Part shown: positions 60,207 through 64,000 of the stretch, one piece after another
Position numbering within the stretch: position 1 is the first letter of the stretch
How the letters are laid out: each line of letters opens with the position of its first letter
DNA from: Gammaproteobacteria bacterium RIFCSPHIGHO2_12_FULL_35_23
Lineage (GTDB): Bacteria; Pseudomonadota; Gammaproteobacteria; UBA12402
Reading direction: 5' to 3'
NCBI GenBank assembly: GCA_001801465.1
Contig: MGXT01000020.1
Coordinates: 134,228 to 198,227, forward strand
DNA: 64,000 bases
The notes under the pieces: model-generated
Database searches by the model: none
What the model was told of the DNA's origin: nothing
What the model saw: only the letters and a program-made list of their open reading frames with translations
Translations under genes and position numbers: made by a program

Positions 60207-60590
60207 ATGATTGATCATATAGGAATCGAAGTTGCAGATTATGAAACGTCTAAACAATTTTATAGTAAGGCTTTAGCTCCTTTAAAATATAAACTGTTAA
60301 TGGAAATGTCAGGATTTGCTGGTTTTGGGGTAGAAAATGGCGCAGGACCTATTGCTAATTTTTGGATACATCAAGGAGCTTCGCCTAGCCATAACACACA
60401 TATAGCTTTTACAGCCAAGGATAGATTAACTGTCGATTCTTTTTATAAGGCTGCTATCTCAGCGGGTGGAGCTTGTAATGGTAAGCCCGGTGTTCGCGAA
60501 ATCTATCATCCTAATTATTATGGAGCTTTTATATTAGATCCAGATGGTAATAATATTGAAGCCGTTTGTCATAAACCTCCAATAGGCTAG
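60207..60590 (+). CDS. VOC/glyoxalase-bleomycin resistance family protein
   Basis: MIDHIGIEV N-terminus, 127 aa, paired beta-alpha-beta-beta-beta modules typical of VOC fold. Confidence 0.6.
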   Translation: MIDHIGIEVADYETSKQFYSKALAPLKYKLLMEMSGFAGFGVENGAGPIANFWIHQGASPSHNTHIAFTAKDRLTVDSFYKAAISAGGACNGKPGVREIYHPNYYGAFILDPDGNNIEAVCHKPPIG

Positions 60591-61138
60591 TGATGATTTG
60601 TACAGAACGATTGATACTACGAAAATGGATAGACAAAGATCTAGAGCCATTTGCTGCTATCAATCAAGATCCAAAAGTTATGGAATTTTTTCCAGGTCAA
60701 CTAACAAGAGAAGAAACTCTAGTATTAATAACTCGCTTTAATGCACATATTGAACAACATGGTTTTGGTCTTTATGCTTGTGAAGAGCGGCACTCAAGAC
60801 AATTCATTGGTTTTGTAGGCCTTAATATACCCAATTTTAAAGCTCATTTTACCCCGTGTGTGGAAGTTGGGGCTAGGCTTGCAGTAAAATTTTGGGGAAT
60901 AGATTATGCTTTAGAAGCTGCTCGTAAAATGATAGCAGTTGGGTTTGAGCAGTTTGCTTTAAGCGAAATTGTTGGGTTTACAACAGTTAATAATAAACGC
61001 TCAAGAGGGTTAATGGAAAAGATAGGGATGCAGCGTGATCCAAATGATGATTTTTATCATCCAAACATTAATATTGATCATCCCCTGGGCCTACATGTAC
61101 TGTATCGATTAAGAAATGAGAAATTTACTAATAGCTAG
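60590..61138 (+). CDS. GNAT family N-acetyltransferase (RimL/RimJ-like)
   Basis: TERLILRKW N-terminal motif, acetyl-CoA binding region QFIGFVGL; GTG start overlapping stop of VOC gene. Confidence 0.7.
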   Translation: MMICTERLILRKWIDKDLEPFAAINQDPKVMEFFPGQLTREETLVLITRFNAHIEQHGFGLYACEERHSRQFIGFVGLNIPNFKAHFTPCVEVGARLAVKFWGIDYALEAARKMIAVGFEQFALSEIVGFTTVNNKRSRGLMEKIGMQRDPNDDFYHPNINIDHPLGLHVLYRLRNEKFTNS

Positions 61139-61159
61139 TTAAACCAAAGGGATAAAAAT

Positions 61160-61556
61160 AATGCTTAGTAAGCAAGAATCGGCTCAGTTAGTTATTTCAG
61201 CTTTAATGGCTATAATCAATAATAAACAGGGTGCTGCAGAGACTTTTCAGAAATATGTTGCTGCAGAGTATATTTAATAGGTAGATAAAAAAATATTACG
61301 ATATCATGATTTAGTTGATCATATGACAAAGCAGATCGAAAAATTTAAAGTTTTGAAAATAATTTTTAAAGAAGTATTTTCTGAAGATAATAGGGTTTGT
61401 AGCCTTCATGTTATTCACGCCATTGATAATAATGGGTTGAAATTTTATATGCAATCACAAGCTATATTTTATGTAGACAACTGTAAAATAACGAAGTGTA
61501 TAGAGCTAACTCATTTCATAGAGAATAAGAATGATTGGTTTCTTATGACAAAATAA
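61160..61556 (+). pseudogene. SnoaL/NTF2-like small protein gene interrupted by tandem in-frame TAA-TAG
   Basis: 39-codon N-terminal ORF (...AETFQKYVAAEYI) ends TAA TAG and is in frame with 61323-61556 ORF (...HVIHAIDNNGLKFYMQ...KITKCIELTHF), together ~133 aa with NTF2-like pattern; coordinates +/-1. Confidence 0.4.
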
Positions 61557-61583
61557 ATAAAGCTAAATTTTTGGTAATTTTTT

Positions 61584-62954
61584 ATGAAAATTTTTACTGA
61601 TATTTTAAATTCTCTACAGATAGATTACAGCGATTCCTATTCTGTTCAAATAGAGGGAAAAGATCCGATATTGCCCACTCCATTTTTATTAGGAGAAGCT
61701 AGCGCAGCTGCACAGGCTGCTATGGGTTATGCTGTTTCAGTGTTGTGGTTTTTAAAAACACAAAGATATCAAACGGTGAGAATTAAGGTTAAAGAAGCTG
61801 CTATAGCTTTACGTTCTCACCAATATTTAAGAATAGTAAATAATATTACACCAGAGCTTTGGGATCCTATTTCAGGATTTTATCAAACTAAAAATAATCG
61901 TTGGGTGCAATTACACTGTAATTTTCCTAATCATCGCCAAGGCGTCATCGCTACTTTAAGGTGTCAAAATTCTAAACCTGCTGTTATCAAAACTGTAAAA
62001 AATTGGGAAGGTGAAAAATTAGAGGCAATTTTATTAGAGCAAGGGTTGTGTGCTGCATTAGTGCGTAGTGCTGATGAATGGGAAAATCATCCACAGGCTA
62101 AAGCAACTCGAGATCTGCCCTTATTAGAAGTTGTTAAAATAAATGAAAGTTCGCCAGAGCCTTTGCCGACAGGAAATTTACCTTTATCCGGCATCAAAGT
62201 ATTGGATTTAACACGCGTTATCGCCGGCCCAGTAGGGGGTAAAATATTAGCTCAATTTGGAGCAACTGTGATGTCTGTAACGAGTCCGCATTTACCGTTT
62301 ATTTTGCCGTTAATTATTGACAACGGCTTTGGAAAATTGTCGACTCAGTTAGACTTAAACTTACCTGCTGAAAAAGAGCAACTTTATAAACTTATAGCCA
62401 AAGCAGACATTTTTTTACAAGCCTACCGACCACAAGGCTTGGATCATTTAGGTTTTTCTCCTCACACTTTAGCTAGCAAGAGACCTGGTATTATTTATAT
62501 CAGCTTAAGCGCTTATGCCCATCAAGGACCTTGGTCTTCTTATCATGGCTTTGATAGTTTGGTTCAATCTGCAACAGGATTAGTCTTTGAGCAAAGTAAA
62601 AACAAATTATTTCCACAACATTTGCCCGGCCAAGCTTTGGATTACATTGCCGGTTATTTGCTAGCTTTTGGAGCACTTGAAGCACTACGAAGACGTGCCA
62701 CAGAAGGAGGCAGTTATTGGGTTAGGGTTTCGCTACTACAAGTAGCTACTTGGTTGAAAAATTTAAAAAGAGTAGAGAATTATAACGATTTAAATATTCC
62801 AACAAGAAATCAATTACTTAATTTATTAACCCAAACTGTTACCTCTTTTGGATTAATTGAACATATGCTTCCTGTATTACACCTTTCTGAAACGCCACCT
62901 ACTTGGAGCCGTTCTGCTGTACCTTTAGATACACATCCACCACGCTGGCCTTAA
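61584..62954 (+). CDS. CoA-transferase family III (CaiB/BaiF-like)
   Basis: LSGIKVLDLTRVIAGPVGGKILAQFGA N-terminal Rossmann motif characteristic of family III CoA transferases. Confidence 0.8.
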   Translation: MKIFTDILNSLQIDYSDSYSVQIEGKDPILPTPFLLGEASAAAQAAMGYAVSVLWFLKTQRYQTVRIKVKEAAIALRSHQYLRIVNNITPELWDPISGFYQTKNNRWVQLHCNFPNHRQGVIATLRCQNSKPAVIKTVKNWEGEKLEAILLEQGLCAALVRSADEWENHPQAKATRDLPLLEVVKINESSPEPLPTGNLPLSGIKVLDLTRVIAGPVGGKILAQFGATVMSVTSPHLPFILPLIIDNGFGKLSTQLDLNLPAEKEQLYKLIAKADIFLQAYRPQGLDHLGFSPHTLASKRPGIIYISLSAYAHQGPWSSYHGFDSLVQSATGLVFEQSKNKLFPQHLPGQALDYIAGYLLAFGALEALRRRATEGGSYWVRVSLLQVATWLKNLKRVENYNDLNIPTRNQLLNLLTQTVTSFGLIEHMLPVLHLSETPPTWSRSAVPLDTHPPRWP

Positions 62955-63049
62955 AATATAGAGTATTATTTTTATCATTTTAATAAAAAATATAGACTTT
63001 GCTAGGCCTGCTCGATACGATTAGACATCCTAATAAATAGATAAAGTAT

Positions 63050-64000
63050 ATGAAAAGCAAGCTCAAAGTAGGAATAATTTTTGGTGGTAAATCTGCAGAA
63101 CACGAAGTTTCATTACAATCAGCCAAGAATATCTATCAAGCTATCAATAAAGATAAATATGATGTGGTACTTATTGGTATTGATAAACAAGGGCAGTGGT
63201 TGTTAAGCAATGATTCTCAACTTTTAATTGAACAAAATAACCCAAGATTGACCAAACTTAACTTATCAAATGAAGTGGCATTGGTACCACAAAGCAATGG
63301 TAAGCTTGTTAATGTTCATACAGGTCAATCTCATCATGCTGTTGATGTTGTTTTTCCCATTTTACATGGTCCTTTTGGTGAAGATGGAACAATTCAAGGA
63401 TTACTAAAACTTGCTAATATACCTTTTGTGGGCGCTGGTGTCTTAGGTTCTGCTGTAGGGATGGATAAAGATGTGATGAAGCGTCTTTTGCGTGATGCTC
63501 ATATCCCTGTAGCAAAATTCTTAAGTATCAAAGAAAAGAATATCCCAAGTTTTGCTGAAGTGGTTAAAAGTTTAGGACTACCATTTTTTGTGAAACCTGC
63601 TAATTTGGGATCTTCAGTAGGAATTAATAAAGTTCATACTGAACAAGAGTATCAAGCAGCCATAGCAGAAGCCTTTAGTTTTGATAAAAAAGTGTTAATT
63701 GAAGAATTTATTCAAGGTCGAGAAATTGAATGCTCTGTATTGGGTAATGAGGATCCAATAGTTTCACTTCCGGGTGAAGTGATTTCTCATCATGACTTTT
63801 ATTCTTATGATGCTAAGTATATTGATAAAAACGGTGCTTCTTTAGAAATTCCTGCCAAAATTTCTTCTCCTGCAACCAAGCGAATTCAAGAGCTTGCCCT
63901 GCAAGTTTTTACAGTTTTAGAATGTGAAGATATGGCTAGAGTTGATTTCTTTTTAAAAGAAGATGATACCGTTTTAGTCAATGAAATTAATACTATACCA
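63050..64000 (+). CDS. ddl: D-alanine--D-alanine ligase (3' end outside window)
   Basis: KVGIIFGGKSAEHEVSLQSA N-terminus, ATP-grasp motifs (FVKPANLGSSVGI, EFIQGREIECSVLG). Confidence 0.9.
   Translation, partial: MKSKLKVGIIFGGKSAEHEVSLQSAKNIYQAINKDKYDVVLIGIDKQGQWLLSNDSQLLIEQNNPRLTKLNLSNEVALVPQSNGKLVNVHTGQSHHAVDVVFPILHGPFGEDGTIQGLLKLANIPFVGAGVLGSAVGMDKDVMKRLLRDAHIPVAKFLSIKEKNIPSFAEVVKSLGLPFFVKPANLGSSVGINKVHTEQEYQAAIAEAFSFDKKVLIEEFIQGREIECSVLGNEDPIVSLPGEVISHHDFYSYDAKYIDKNGASLEIPAKISSPATKRIQELALQVFTVLECEDMARVDFFLKEDDTVLVNEINTIP

Noticed and set aside
60590-61556. GNAT plus downstream small ORF as a GNAT-type toxin-antitoxin pair
   Set aside because: The GNAT has a RimL-like N-terminus and no RHH/HTH partner. 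The downstream small ORFs are better explained as a disrupted SnoaL-like gene 20-180 bp away.

Overview
Low-GC gammaproteobacterial chromosome segment that looks most like a Legionellales member (Legionella- or Coxiella-like intracellular bacterium). This is inferred from gene content and was not checked against any database.

Positions 1-22,440 are a conserved housekeeping backbone: gyrA (3' part), serC, cmk, rpsA, glmM, a histone H1-like/HU fusion protein, lapA, lapB, dusA, and a 2OG-Fe(II) oxygenase. They are followed by an initiator tRNA-fMet leading the rimP-nusA-infB-rbfA-truB operon, then rpsF, rpsR, a membrane protein, rplI, dnaB and alr.

The remainder is AT-rich and accessory-like. 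It holds radA and an unannotated RNase P RNA gene (rnpB, about 29519-29880, + strand), after which lies a gene island of roughly 12.6 kb (29881-42470). The island encodes a 1779-aa candidate secreted effector with an internal tandem duplication and a Ser/Ala/Pro-rich tail, and two tandem paralogous hypothetical proteins. It also encodes an orphan hfq gene, a MATE efflux pump, a DinB-like protein and a eukaryotic-like Ser/Thr protein kinase with an HGDLKLEN catalytic loop and DFQ in place of DFG.

Downstream are rlmM, a multicopper oxidase, a GST, a degraded IS30-family transposase fragment, a DUF917 protein, a DM9-repeat secreted protein, several dehydrogenases and hydrolases, a LysR regulator, MFS transporters, an SLT lytic transglycosylase, an Asp-box secreted protein, VOC and GNAT proteins, a CoA-transferase and ddl (3'-truncated).

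The accessory part carries many independent inactivating lesions:
- an in-frame TAA after the signal peptide of a secreted protein gene;
- an ltaE gene with two homopolymer frameshifts and a deletion;
- an in-frame TGA in a carboxymuconolactone-decarboxylase gene;
- tandem in-frame TAA-TAG in a SnoaL-like gene;
- a truncated IS30 transposase;
- a voltage-sensor-like channel fragment.
This pattern is consistent with reductive evolution or host restriction.

No CRISPR array, integrase or type IV secretion machinery gene was found. The most system-like novelty is the effector-type island next to rnpB, with its own Hfq and a paralogous gene pair.
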